Shown: positions 1 through 13,150 of the stretch, one piece after another
How the letters are laid out: each line of letters begins with the position of its first letter
Numbering within the stretch: the first letter of the stretch is position 1
Source: the human T2T-CHM13v2.0 reference genome, Homo sapiens
Assembly (NCBI RefSeq): GCF_009914755.1
Contig: NC_060926.1
Reading direction: 5' to 3' (one strand)
DNA: 64,000 bases
Notes under the pieces: generated by a model
Database searches by the model: none
The model's input: the letters and a program-made list of their open reading frames with translations, nothing else
What the model was told of the DNA's origin: nothing
Made by a program: the position numbers and the translations under genes

Positions 1-1440
1 GAATTTATTCTATAAGTAGTTGGTTAAGCTTCTTGTATTTGTATATGTCTTTGCTCAAATTTGGAATATTTTTGGCCATTATTTCTTCAAATAAACTACA
101 TATGCCTTTCTCTCTTCTCTTTCTGGAACCTATATAATGTATATATTGGCCCAATTGATGGCATTTCATATGTCCCTTGGTCTCTGCTTGCTTTTCTACA
201 GTTTTTTTCCTCCATAGATTCAATAACTTCAAATGATTTGTCTTCAAGTTTGCTAATTTTGTATTATACCTATTCAAATCTGTTGTTGAACTCCTGTAGT
301 TAACATTTGAATTCAGTTATTGTATTTTGTAGGTCCAAAATTGCTGTTTGGTAATTTTTTAATAATTTATATTTCTTTTTTTTACATTCACATTTTGTCA
401 CATATCATTATCCAGATTTACTTTAGTTCTTTATATTTCTCTTCAGCCCTTTTAGTATATTCAGGACAGTTGTTTTAATTTTTTAATGTATTTGTCTAGT
501 AAATCTGAATCCTATGTTTCTTCAGGGTGGGTTTCTGGAGAGTTATTTTCTTACTTTGAATGGACTTGTTCCCCTGATTCTTCATATGACTTGTGATCTT
601 TTATAGAAAATTGGGCATTCGTAAAATCAGCCACTTCTCCCAGTCTTTGTAGATTGACTCCATGAAGGGAAAGTCCTTCACTAATTGACTCAACATGAAA
701 GCTTAAGTTCTTTTAGTTCTTTCTGGGCATGCACATTTCCTGAGCATGTGTGTATGCTGTTTACTCAATTTATCCATACACATGGCTGTTTTTAAACGTC
801 TAACTTTCCCAAGAATCTAACCTCTGCTTCTCTCAAGGCGTTGGATTTTCTGTGTAGTTTTCTGCTTGTAATCTCTTGCTGTCAGACATCCCCATAGGTC
901 TCCAATTCCTCTGCACTTTTTACATGCTACAGCACCAGCCACTGCTTTCTGTCACCTTCAACATGATATCCAAACCATGCCTCCATTCCTGCATTAGTTC
1001 CAAGTCAGGTGAGACTGAAATCAGTTCCTTGGGTAGCCCCCAGACAAGCCAAACATTGCCAGTTAATTTTACTCATTCTCTTCCATCATGAAGGAGGAAC
1101 TGGCAACTAGGTAGCTTCCTCCTGACTGTATCAAGCCACATTGCATTGCAAAAAGAATGTGGTAGGGTGAACAAAAACACGACACAATTTCCCACTGTTT
1201 TGAATGTGTGTGTGTGGTGTGTGTGTGTGTATTGTGTGTGTGTTGTGCGTGTGTGTTGTGTATGTTTTGTGTGTGTGCACGTGTGTTGTGTGTGTGTGCT
1301 GTGTGTGCATGTGTGTGTGTTGTGTGTGTGTGTGTGTTCTCTCTCTTTATTAGGTCTTCACTTAGCTGCTATAAACCCTTGCCTGGTTTCTAGAGCTCCC
1401 ACAAAGCTATTCTAGTTAGTCTGTTGTTGTCTACTTGACA
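1..1440 (-). mobile_element. Old L1M fragment (ORF1/5' region), highly decayed
   Basis: Minus-strand ORF 5..277 contains REKGICSLFEEIMAKNIPNLSKD, resembling the L1 ORF1 'LFEEIMAENFPNL' motif. The + strand is T-rich. Right boundary approximate. Confidence 0.65.
1205..1337. repeat. Imperfect (TG)n microsatellite
   Basis: Interrupted TG dinucleotide run, directly visible. It explains the Cys/Val-rich ORFs at 1146..1415 and 1208..1393. Confidence 0.95.
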
Positions 1441-2229
1441 TTAAAAAAAATTATTAAATTAATTTCATTAAATTTGTTGAAAAAGAAATAAAGGGTACAA
1501 TAAGATAATATGATATATATTAGGATTGAGGGGCTTGTCAGAAACCATACCTGACAATTTCAAATGTACCTTTGAAAAACCTAAAATATCCTTAAATTTG
1601 TATATTTAAATGTTGTTTATAAGATTTAAAAAAAATCTTGTTTTTACTACTTAATGTGAAATTCTGGTCCCATTGTTAACATGGCTTATTTTCAGTTGTC
1701 TGGCATTTTTACTCCATGATAGCTTCTTTATGTAGGAACAAGGACCTAGCACTTCCTAGTGTACCATATTATTAATGTCTCTCTCTTAGTACAAATTAGT
1801 TTTGCAAGTATATGTGATCTTGGGAAATGAAAGACCAGTCTCCAAATTAGAGAAGGATAGATACAACTGGCTAACTGGTTTCCATTTTTGTTGAGAGACT
1901 ATCAATAGTGAAGTAAAATTAAAAATGCAAATTCTCTTGGATTGAGAAAAGGTAGAATAATTAGAACTTCCTATTTTTTACAAACTTCAAGAAAAATGAA
2001 GGGGTATATTTCTCTGTACTGCTTATGTGGAATGTGAGTGTAAACTGTTGCAGCCATGAAAATACTTACCACAAAAGAGCTTAGACAATTTAATAGAAAT
2101 GGCCTGAATCGCAATGGAAAGCAAAATTAATGTTCATATTTGTGATAGTATGTGATGAGTCTCTACTCACTGAAGATGACTTTCCTGTGAAACATTTTGC
2201 AATAAGAGAAAATAAGCCTTTGACTCATG

Positions 2230-4080
2230 TATTCATTAATCTATTTACTCACTCAATAAATAGTTACTGAGGTCCTGCTGTGAGATAGGCCCTGTGTATA
2301 ACATGTGGAAATTAATGGTATTTATTCTGTTCTGAATATCTTCTTACTACATATGGAAGAGATAGAGATATTTCAATTAACCATACAGTTAAATGCAAAA
2401 TTATAACTGTGGTATGCAAAAGAAAGAAAAACACGCCAAATTGAGAAAGTGTAGAATAGGAGGAACTTCTCTAAACTGTGAGATCAAAGAAAAATTACCT
2501 GAGAAAGCAATATTTGAGATCTAATCTGAAGAAAAAAATATATAATTGATGTAGTAAGGGCTAGGCAAACAATTTTGGGAGAAGGGAATACTACAGTCAA
2601 GTACTATTAGATAGAAAACAAAATAGCACATCAAAAGATTATCAAAGTATAGGGTAACTGGAGGACATATGATAGGGGGTTGGAGGATGCTACAATAAGG
2701 TCAGATTGTTCAGGTTGTTGTGTGATACCTTAAGAATTATAAATGTGTCATCTATCTTAAGGCACATGATTAAAGGGTTTTAAACTGGGGAGGAAGATGA
2801 ATATGAAGCTAAAAATGTACCAATTATAAAGAGGCTGCCAATTATTTAGATAGGAGCATTGGAAGAATATTGGAAGATAGGAGGAGCATTGGAGGAACTG
2901 GAAGGAATGGGTTTTCCCTTTTTCCATTTGGGGAACAGGAGCTGAGATAACACATTCATCAAATTTTGGTTTCCTTTTGAGCAGCTAAGAAAACTGCATT
3001 TTCCAGCACATTAGGATCTAGGCATTGCCACTCCTGGCCAACAGAATGTGAGTAGATAAGCCATTTCTATTTCTAGTGCCTATAAGGTCCTTCGGGATCT
3101 CCCACCCTAATTTTTTTCCACTCACTGAAGCCTAGATCTTCAAAATTGCTGAGTAAGTCACATTTTGGAAGGAGACTGAATCCCTAAGACATCACTTGGA
3201 GAATAGCTACTCAATCTTCACCCAACTTCACCTGGGTCATGAATAGGCATTTACAATGTAAAATGACTGATATGCATAGGTGTTCAGGTTACCTCACCAT
3301 AGACATAGAAAGCATTTGAGACATTCTTGTCCTACATGCATAGAATGTGCATCTAAATGGAGAAATTAAGACAAAAATAATATTTGGGAACTGTCAGTAG
3401 GTAAGTGATAATTAAAATTATCAGTCCAGATGGAATATTCTGATAAGGGAATATAAACTGAAAAGACAGGTAGATATGTTTAATACTGTTGAAAACTATT
3501 GGAAAGCAAGTGAATTAGAGTCCAAAAGATCTGCATTAGATTAAAGGTCAAGGGGGAGATGACCTTTGAAAAGCTATTATTACATGGTTATTTGGATAAA
3601 AGCAGGTTGAACAACACTGAGGAATGGAAGGTGATAAATTGGAGACAGAATAAATAATATTCAAATAATTCTGACTTTGAAAAAGAAGAGAGAGTATATT
3701 CTGTTTGTCAGATAGGAAGACAACTAAGTATATTTCAATATTAAATATTTAAAGTAAATATAAATAATATAGAAGGGATAGTCAATCTTTAAGGGTCCTG
3801 AAAAATAAAGTTAGGAGATGCAAAGATCTTGTGAAGAGATTGACTTTGGATAGGTGGAAGGGTAACTCCATTATTGTAACCAGAAGGAAAGAGAAAAATG
3901 GGCAAAAATGTGAATCTACTCCTAGACTGGTTAGCAGAAAATCTAAGATGTATTTTCCTTCTTCTTTGTGATGTAGTAGGTACAAACGTTATTTGCTGAG
4001 AGGGAGTAAGGGGAGAAATATGACTGAGGAGACCGAAGAGTCAGAGAAATGATTAATCGACTGGAGAGGCATGACATACA
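2230..4080 (-). mobile_element. L2 LINE fragments (3' end at left), interrupted
   Basis: Begins with CATTAATCTATTTACTCACTCAATAAATAGTTACTGAGGTCCTGCTGTG, a typical antisense L2 3' end, followed by a purine-rich L2-like body. Confidence 0.6.
2935..3305 (+). mobile_element. Old MLT1-type (MaLR) LTR remnant inside L2
   Basis: Motifs GAAAACTGCATTTTCCAGC...CTGGCCAACAGAATGTGAGTAGA...GGAGACTGAATCCCTAAGACATCACTTGGAG resemble MLT1I/J-type LTRs. Confidence 0.45.
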
Positions 4081-4559
4081 TTCAGAGGAAATAAAAATAT
4101 TAACATAACCTCACCTAGAAATTTTCCTCTTAAGAACGAATTCTAGGGAAATAATAAATGCATACGAAATTTATCCACAATTGTGTTTTTATTATAGTGT
4201 TATATATAAGTGCATAATATTACATAAATAATGAAAAAGGGGAGAGTGATTCAATGAATTATAATATATTTGAAGTATAGATCATTATATTTTCATTAAA
4301 ATGTGTAAGAATATTTTAAAACCTAGGAAAATGTGCTTTTATTAACAAATGAAAGTTAAGTATTGAAATCGTGTATTGGTGTGTGTATGTGTTCCAGTGG
4401 AGAATATAAGACTAAAATGTAATTACTAAAGTTTTAACAATGAATATATTTTAGTGGTGAGATAATGGTCATTTATTTGTTTTTTTACATACACTTTTAT
4501 ATTTCAAAAATTTACAATAAGCAGGAACTATACAAGTCATAAAAATCTATCTCGTATTT

Positions 4560-5815
4560 TTTTCTTTTAAATATCATTTTGATATAATTTCAGACTTGTA
4601 GAAAAATAGTTAGAATAGCACAAATAATTATCTTACTGTTTACTCATTTTCCAAGAGCTAACAGTTTACACCATTTTCTTTTTTCTTCATAACATGTACG
4701 TATTTTTTCAATACATATTCTCTTCACCCCAAAACACTTTATATTTTCTAAAATAGAAATTTCATGATTAGGGGAAAATAATTAAAATCAAAATTTAATA
4801 CTGCTATAATGCTATTATATATAGACACAATTTTTGCTAGTTGTTCAATGTTTTTTATAAAAATATTGCATCTTTATTTGTTGCATTTAGCTGTAAAGAC
4901 TTTTTACTTTTCTATAATCTAACAGTCCTCCAAGTCCTTAACAGCTCTTTTTATATTTCATTTATTTGATAATTTTTGAGAGTTCTGACAAATTATTTCA
5001 TAAAATGTCCTCAGTTTGAAAGTGGTTCATTGTTTCATCATAATAAAACTATCATTAGGTGTTTTTGGCAAGGATGCTGCAGAAGTGATATTGTGCCTCT
5101 CTTAGTGCATTGTATTAGGAAACACATGATATTGGCTTGACTGATTTTGGCAGTGTCTGTCAGACTTCTTTGCTCTGAAGTTTCTGCTTTTTATTTTTTA
5201 TTATAAACATCTTGTGGGAAGAGGCTTTGAGACCATGAAATATCCTGTTAGTGGTTAAACTTCCACCCATTAGAATGATCCACTGATGATTCTTGACTCA
5301 AGCAATTATTACCATGATGGTGGCCAAATAGTGATTTTCAAATTCCATTTCTTCTTCTACATTTACTAATTGCCTTTCTCCTATAAGGAAGAATTTTATT
5401 ATCTTATGTATTTATGTACGTATATATAAATGTATATATATGTCAGTATTAGACTAATGAATTATTTTATTCAATAGATTATGATTCATTACTACCATTA
5501 CTTATTTTATGATGAGTTTCTCCCATACTAGACCAGTAAAAGTCATTTAAATAGGTTCTTTTGTCCTTCTAATAAGTTCCCATCATTTTTTAAGCAATCT
5601 TCTACCTTCTGGAACAAGAAGACATTTGAGACTCATATACACTTCCCATACACAGTCTGGAATTTGCTATTTCTCAAAAAGATCAGTTGTTCCCTTTAGT
5701 GGAGAATATTAGAAAACTAAAATCTGGGTGCTGCATGTGTTCATTGATACAGGGATTTCATTGCTTCTAGGCCCTCTAAACTGACAGAATTAGAAAATCT
5801 ACCATCTATCTTTCT

Positions 5816-5846
<31 letters not shown>

Positions 5847-6230
5847 CTCTCTCTATCTATCCATCTACTCATCTATCATCTATCTTCTATCCTAAGTCTG
5901 AGCTAATATTGATATGTTCAACTTCACTCCAATGTCACAGAATTCATTTTTTTTTCACCCTACCTGTTTATATGTTTGTAATTCCCTTCTCTGATGGAGA
6001 GAGCTTTATTTCCTTCCTACCCTGGATACGGGGCAGGGGAAAACAGGGGCAGGGATTCTGGCCAAGTAACTGCCAGGGGTCTGAGCCCGAGCCACTTGTT
6101 GCTCACTCCCCTGGTATTTCACCTTCTTGTTTTGTACTTTTTGAGAACTTCTCAAGCAGAAGAAACGTGGCTTCCATTATTGTAAATAATATATTTTCTC
6201 ATATGAACTTCATTTGTATTCAAATATTTT
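4560..6230 (-). mobile_element. L1MC/L1ME-type 3' end
   Basis: TTTTGATATAATTTCAGACTTGTAGAAAAATAG and CCCTTTAGTGGAGAATATTAGAAAACTAAAATCTGGGTGCT match the recalled antisense L1MC4-like 3' UTR. Confidence 0.65.
5815..5842. repeat. (TC)n microsatellite
   Basis: Directly visible pure TC run. Confidence 0.9.
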
Positions 6231-6579
6231 AATTTGCTGAGATGATGGATAATTCCAGGATGGCGTGAGAGAGGCAGTTCTTGGAATTAGCCTTGCACAT
6301 GAAGAAAAAAAGTTCTTTACTTACTAAGTACATTGTTTGGGCAAGGTCAAGGGCAGGTGTTAGCAGAGTTATCTCATGTTCAGTTTAAATTATCTGGATT
6401 GAGTGGAGTTGGTTGGGCTAAGGCATACCTAATTTATTGTATTTGCCAATTTAATCTCCTCTACTGGATTGATAAATGTATAAGCACTTCTCAAGGTTTT
6501 CTGTTTAAAGATATTCTTCCCTTCCTGCCATATATGTACAAATGGTACATATACGTACAAATGTACATATATGTACATT

Positions 6580-7400
6580 TTCCATCCTGATGGCTCAAAT
6601 TTCTGTCTTACAGTTCCCACATTTGGATCCCTAATTCAGACTTGCTTTCTTAGTTCCATACTTCAAAATTCTACTCAATACATCTATCTAGACTTTTCGT
6701 ATAGGTAATCAAAGTCTCAATGCTGAAAAGTCAACTCATGATCTTCATCTCTAACCTTATTTTCTCTAGCTATCTGTGTTCTATCCACCATAGTCACACA
6801 AGCCAACAAGTAGATTAGATGCTTTTCACTCATCTCTTGTTTATTCTTATATTCCATCAATGAATATTTACTGCTTTTTTGTTTAATATGTTTTAATTCT
6901 ATCAATTTATTTCCATCTCCTCTGTAACATGCTAGCCTAGAATAAGATTTTTTCTCTTGCCTTACAGAAATATTCTCTTGTCTGGTCTTGTGACATCAAC
7001 CTTTCAATTTGTATTTACCTCCATAAACAAGTATATGTCTATAAAATATAAATGTGTTTAAAATAATAACTTAAATTTCAATAAGTACCCTTAAAGTCAA
7101 GAAGATCATGTACAACTTTGCGTCTACTTATTTGGTATAACCTAGAGTCAGCCACAAGCACCACCATCTCCTTTCTGTGATTCAGCAGCATATTAGCACC
7201 CTCTCATTATACCCTCACCTTCTCCGCAGCACTTACCAAAGTTGTAATCAGATATCTGTGAAATAAGTGCCATGTTTAAATCCACCACACAAAAAAATGT
7301 TCTATGAGGAACAGGACAAACCTGTCTTACTTGCCTTTCTAATTCAAGCATCTACTGAAGTACTTGGCACATTACCTAATTGCCCAATATTAGTTGATTG
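6580..7400 (+). mobile_element. L2 fragment
   Basis: Pyrimidine-rich L2-like body ending in CAAGCATCTACTGAAGTACTTGGCACAT...AATATTAGTTGATTG, similar to an L2 3' end. Confidence 0.5.
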
Positions 7401-7969
7401 TTAAAACTAAGCCTTTATGGGTTGGGGACATTTAGATAAATATAGAGAAAGGTTTCCAAGCAGGAGATGAAGCATAAGAAAAACTGTTGTGATAAAAAAA
7501 ATTAACATTCATCTTCTTGTCAAAAGAATATAGTTGCGTATGGAAAGTGCACCAAAGACAAAGTTTAAGGGAAGTTTTCCTTAGAGCCAATATGGAATTT
7601 TCCTGAAGGATTCATTTTAAAAGGCATATATCAGCAATGGGATTTGGCATAAATACTCCTGTGCATTTGCACTTTCCTATGCTATCTTGCTTGGCACCAA
7701 CAGCCCATTGTTGAGCTATACATTCACAATACAAAGTCTTTCTTCTTTCAAGTTACAGAATAAGCCCTATCATGCAATCTGTGATCTTCATTTTCAGAAA
7801 ACTTAGAGTAACTCAGGTTTCTATTCAATGATTTACTCTTAAATGTAATTTATGCCAAATTAGATTATACTTTTGTGAGGCTCACTTTGTTTTGTTTGCT
7901 TAATTTAGTTTGTGAGTTAAGCAGTCTTAAAAAAAGTTGACATTGATATTAAGACTTTTCTCCTTTTCT

Positions 7970-8190
7970 CTCTTATGCATTCTCACAAGCACCTGTGCTT
8001 ACCTTTAGCATAGCCCTCATCACAGTGACTGTCACACTTTATTCACTTGTCCATACCTCCCTTGACTGTGCTGCCTTTAAGAATAGACTTTATTTCTCTG
8101 TTCTTTTTATCTAGCATCCAATGTGGTATCTTGCTCATAATAGATGTTCAGGAAATGCTTATAGAAAGGATGGACAAATCAATGAATGAC
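7970..8190 (+). mobile_element. L2 3' end
   Basis: TAATAGATGTTCAGGAAATGCTTATAGAAAGGATGGACAAATCAATGAATGA, a typical L2 terminus with TGAA repeats. Confidence 0.6.
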
Positions 8191-9045
8191 TCTTGTATAG
8201 CAAATAATTCTGACTGATTTTATCAAGGGCATAACTGGAGCTGTGTGACACAAAAAGAGAGAAAATATAAAAGCCCGTGATAAGATATATCAAACAATAG
8301 ATTAAAAGACTTTAGTTTCTCATTCACGTTGCTTAATTGGAGGTTACATGATATTACGGTACATTAAAGGGAACATAAAATTGTGCCACAGAAATTAAAA
8401 TTCAGCGTTGTCACCTTCTTTCTCTGGGCTAAGCACTGAAATTTTCTGAGCCTATGCTCACTCATTTACATAACACATTAGAAACGATAATATATACCTT
8501 GTGGGTTTATTTACCTTGTCAAGGTCAAACAGGAGTGAAGGTGGTACATCATGACATAATATACAAATAATAGTGTTTTAATTTAATAATTTATTTCTAA
8601 TGAATATTGGCTATTCAAGTAACTGATTAAATTCATTATAAAATACACAATGAATTAAGTCCTCTTTGAAAGAGCAATTCAAGAGTAAAGAATCTCTAAT
8701 GTAATTGCTGTAAATGTGAAATGAGAACGTGTTTAGCGTCACCCTGAAAGGTCAGAGGTCTGACTCAGAAAAACAGCAGCACCCTCACTTCATCTCATGA
8801 AATGACAGCAATCTAAACACTGTCCATTTATGGGGGGATGGGAGAAAATGGGAGGACACTAAAAACAAATGTTCTATGAACATAAAATTCTAGTTCTGAA
8901 TTTAACCAAACACAAGATCTACTACATGTCACTTAAATTCTCTGTTTCATCTTTACCTATAACAGTTTCATTGAATTATGAACCATTTTCCAGGAATGCA
9001 GAGAACTTAGATCAGAATTTATTCAGTATGAGCAAACTTCAGAAG

Positions 9046-9059
9046 CCAATAGGTGGCAC
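9046..9059 (+). promoter_or_regulatory. Candidate CTCF motif
   Basis: CCAATAGGTGGCAC has one mismatch to the core CCASYAGRKGGCRS. Motif only, no binding data. Confidence 0.35.
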
Positions 9060-9389
9060 ATAAATCCAAAAACGTGGTGGTCATACCTGCAGCAGGTGTA
9101 GCACATTCTTCCAGGAAAAGGTTTTGACATTTGAATAGATGACAGAAAGTCAAGGCCCAGAAGCAATTTGGGAATTACTCTTAAATTCCTGGTGAGACTA
9201 AACAAAATGAAAATTCTTTCACATCTATCCATGCATGTGACTTTTTATACAAAACTTCATAACAAATGTTTGAAAATGGGTAGCTCCCATCATAAAACAG
9301 TGCATATTATGAATGCAGCCATGCAGAATATGTGTGTGAAATATAGGCTATCCTAGGATACGGTGCCCAATCAATGAAAGCATGCCACA

Positions 9390-9570
9390 TACATTCTCAT
9401 TTATTCCACAATAACCCATAAGGCTGGCATTATAATTATTGCATGAATGTCTAGAATTAGGAAAGTGGGGATTAGAAAAGAATCTCTGGGTTCTTTCCTC
9501 AAAGCCACTGAACTTCTTACAACTAAATAGCAGAACTGAGATAAAAAGCCAATTTTCTTGACTCTAGGAC
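9390..9570 (-). mobile_element. MIR
   Basis: CTCATTTATTCCACAATAACCCATAAGGCTGGCATTAT...AAATAGCAGAACTGAGATAAAAAGCC resembles antisense MIR. Confidence 0.5.
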
Positions 9571-10084
9571 TGAGGGGATGTGATGATACATAAATTGTTT
9601 TGTTTTTCTACTTTCCTAAATATATTAAATACTGTAATATTTTCAGTATAAATTGAAAAAAAAACACAAGAGTTATCCACTTATTTCAAAATGCCTCTAT
9701 AACTAAAATTAATTTTGGAATTCCTGTTTACAACTGCATTCAGAATCAGTAGCATGCCTGCTTAAACAGATAAATATTATGAAAGAGTTTGATATGAGAA
9801 ATAGATGACATTTAGAAAGACTAGAGAAAAAGACCAGTTACAAAGTTGATGAAACATATTTTATAAAAATGAAATGTGACTATAAAGTAATAACTGTTTT
9901 CGTTTGTTTGTGTTTGTATTCCTGCTGCTGGCATACTGGCTCTAAAATCCTGTTAAAAGTGGGGCTCGATATTTGAAAATGTTTCAAATATATGAACAAA
10001 TGCATTTTCCCAAAGTAACATTTTTTAAAGGAAAAATATGTAAATGTGTAATTAATGACTTTTTTTCTTTTTTGGTGAAGGGGG

Positions 10085-10285
10085 CGTGGAGTCTGCACAA
10101 TGACAGAACTTGGGTTTTTACTCAAAATGTCTTAATTCAAATTCTGACTCATCTAACTTCTACCTTGAGCTCCAGTTTCATCTGTAAAATGGAATAAATA
10201 ATACTTGCCAATAAGCTGTAGTAGGACTTAATGACGGTGCATGTAAATCATGAAGCACAGAGCCACACCTAAAACACCAACAAAT
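10085..10285 (+). mobile_element. MIR
   Basis: MIR core CAGTTTCATCTGTAAAATGGAATAAATAATAC followed by GCATGTAAATCATGAAGCACAGAGCC. Confidence 0.65.
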
Positions 10286-10892
10286 ATTTTTCATATTTTT
10301 AAAAGTCTCATTACAACGTTATAAAGGAAAGAATACTATATTGTCCTTGAAAGGTGACACCACTGCAGAAACAATTAGTAAATTACATTTAACAAAACTT
10401 GGAAATCATTTAATATTATATTTGTATTAAAAAATACAACATTAGTCAACTTCTAAGACAGAAGTGATTTATATACTATTTTTAATTATCTCTTTGGTCA
10501 GCTTGGGAGCATAACAGACAGAAGGTACCAAAACTGGTGTGGCTAAATAATCACTGCAGCTGTAGAGTAGGCATTGATACTGAATGAGTGATTCCTCCCA
10601 CTTTAATCTTTTATGATTTTAGCTATTTTAGGGCCCACATCTTTTCACATAAATTTTAGAAAAAACTTGACAATCTCAAACAACTGGGGCTCCCACTGGT
10701 CCTTGCTGGCAGCTGAGGCCTCCTTCCTGGAGGGCAGGAGTCATTTCCATATTTGAGGTGCCTGCTGCTGCTAGGCAAGGAAGGGGAGTCTCCAGTCTGC
10801 AGGGGACAAATAATATTTAGTGAGCTAGGGGCTTGCTTATTTTGGTAGGATCTTCCCTGCCTGTGTGGAATAGAGAACACTTCATGAAATGG

Positions 10893-10896
<4 letters not shown>

Positions 10897-10942
<46 letters not shown>
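10897..10942. repeat. (TG)23 microsatellite
   Basis: Perfect 46-bp TG run. Confidence 0.98.
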
Positions 10943-10943
<1 letters not shown>

Positions 10944-11020
10944 CAAAATCCTTCTCCTATTGTTCCCTGACCTTCTGTCTCTGTGTAGAGGAGTGGAATC
11001 TTAGGCCTGGTGGAGAAAGA

Positions 11021-11428
11021 TGTGACGGCTTTTTTAACGTGTAAGTTTGACTCTGCTACATATCCTGTTATTCAGTCAAACAATAATGTAAGTGCTGCTT
11101 TGAATGGATTATGCGGATGTAATGAAAGCCCCAATTAGCTGCCTTTAAGTCATGGTGATTATCCTGGATAACTGCATGGCTCGGACTGAATCTGCTGAAA
11201 GGTGCCAAGGCAAGACTGTGGCTTCCCTGGGAGGGGGAAGAGATTCCACCTGTGGATAGCAGCCTGCTCCATCCCCATGGGGTTCCAGTCCTGCTACTGA
11301 GCTTCTCTTCCTGACTGTGTGGATGACAGCTTCAACTTGTGCTTGTGGCTTTGAGCTTGCCTGTGACCCTCCCTTCCTGACTACCTGTCTGACTTTTCTG
11401 CTCCCCTAGTTGAACCCTGACTGATATA
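11021..11428 (+). mobile_element. MLT2-type (ERVL) solo LTR, internally deleted
   Basis: Starts TGTGACGGC, contains TATTCAGTCAAAC and GAGATTCCACCTGTGGATAGCAGC, and ends GAACCCTGACTGATATA (MLT2 end GAACCCTGACTAATACA). Confidence 0.75.
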
Positions 11429-12779
11429 ATCAGTGACCCTTTAATTGAGCATTTCAAGCCAAAATAAATCTTATCGTAATCAAACATCTGTCGAATGGCT
11501 TCAAAAGAAACCTATTCCAATTAAATAAATAAAAAGCAAGTGATAAACAATGGATTTAATGACTACATTCCTGTCAACTTAGCTTACAAAACCACTCAAT
11601 AATCAAACTGTTATTTTGGTGCAAATTTAGCTCATTACACCATCAATCTGATTGGAACTGTGATAGGCGGGTAGCCATTAGAAATCAGCAAAATTGTTAC
11701 ATTGATGAATTTGTTATCATCCTGTGCCATAGTCCAGCGTTGATGCTTTTCTTTTAAATCCAAGTATCCACTCAGTCAATGAATAACTGGCCTCCCACTG
11801 TGGGTCTGTGCTTCAGTAAATTCTTCCCAGAAAATAGAAACTACAAAATAGATTTCTGGCTTCATGGAGATTTTCTTCTAATGGTAGAGGACTTAAAAAG
11901 TGCACATATACAATGGCAAATGATTTTATTCCCTAAATAAAAACATTCATTGAGTATCTGCTCTGCAGCACAAATGCCATCCTAAATGTAGGCATATAAT
12001 GGGAGAGGTAGAAATAAAATTTATCATGTGTATCCACAGTTAATTACTGTTTTTAGCAGCTCAGTAATTTACTAGATCACTCATTCATTCAACAAACTAT
12101 TATCTCTCCCAGAACAATATTTGCATTGCTATTGCACCTGGGGTTTTGTGTAGTATACAGTGAAAAGGACAATTCTGGGTTTCCAATAGCACAGGAGTTT
12201 TAATTAGCAACATGATTTCCAGTGGAGTCGTGAAAAATGTGTTTGCATCAGGCCTAACTAAAAAGAAAATATAGATCAAGTTAATTTAGAAATTGTTCTC
12301 CAACTGCAACATTTTGTAATATTCTTCTATTTCAGCATGTTTCTACCCCTTCCCCTAAACCCTCTCACCATGATCAAACAATTTACATCATATGGTATTT
12401 GACAAAGATATTAGCAGACACAGGAGCATCAACATCGCCAATGAAATTTTGACTTCAGCTTACAGCAAAGATCTTATATTACTATTTTCCTTTGGGCTCT
12501 CAGTATACCCACCAGTATCCATTCTTGAATGGTAAAAAATCTCCATATAACTCTGGACTATACTTAATAAGCACTTTTAGACAAGTGAAAAAATAACACA
12601 AATTCACCTAATGACCTGTGGGATACAGTGGGCAAAACATCAGGAGAATATGCCAATTTGCCTTGATGGGCCCTGGAAGGGAAGAGCACCATAAGAGTCC
12701 ATAATCTTAGAGAATGTAATTGGGGAAATGTTGACCAGAGGACACTGGGCTTCACACATGGGCACATACTTGGAGAGAC

Positions 12780-13150
12780 CAATATAGTTTCCTTAAGATG
12801 AAGCCATGTTAATATTTACAAAGCACCTTTTTAAAGCCAAACATTGATCTGGTAGACTAATGAGACAATTACTACCCTCAAGAATCTGGCAGGATAATAT
12901 GGAAAATGAGAATCTAAATTAAGTAATTCCAAAACCACACATATGTTATGATAGGTATGTGCTGAGTGGCAGTGTAGAGTGTACCTATATACCTTGAGAG
13001 GAGAGGCTCATGCGACTTGCCCAGAGAAGGAGCTGTCAGAGGTATGTTTTAAAGGGTGAGCAGGATTTTGTTGGGAGGACAGTTCAGGCAGAGGAAATGG
13101 CATGGATGAATTCACAGAGGTGGAAAGGAGAATGATGACATCACAATAAT
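12780..13150 (-). mobile_element. L2 fragment
   Basis: GTTTTAAAGGGTGAGCAGGATTTTG...CAGGCAGAGGAAATGGCATGGATGAATTCACAGAGGTGGAAAGG is typical of antisense L2. Confidence 0.55.

Noticed and set aside
1146-1415. Cys/Val-rich ORFs that look like metallothionein or keratin-associated proteins
   Set aside because: They are translations of the (TG)n repeat. The same applies to ORFs over 10897-10942 and 15697-15863.
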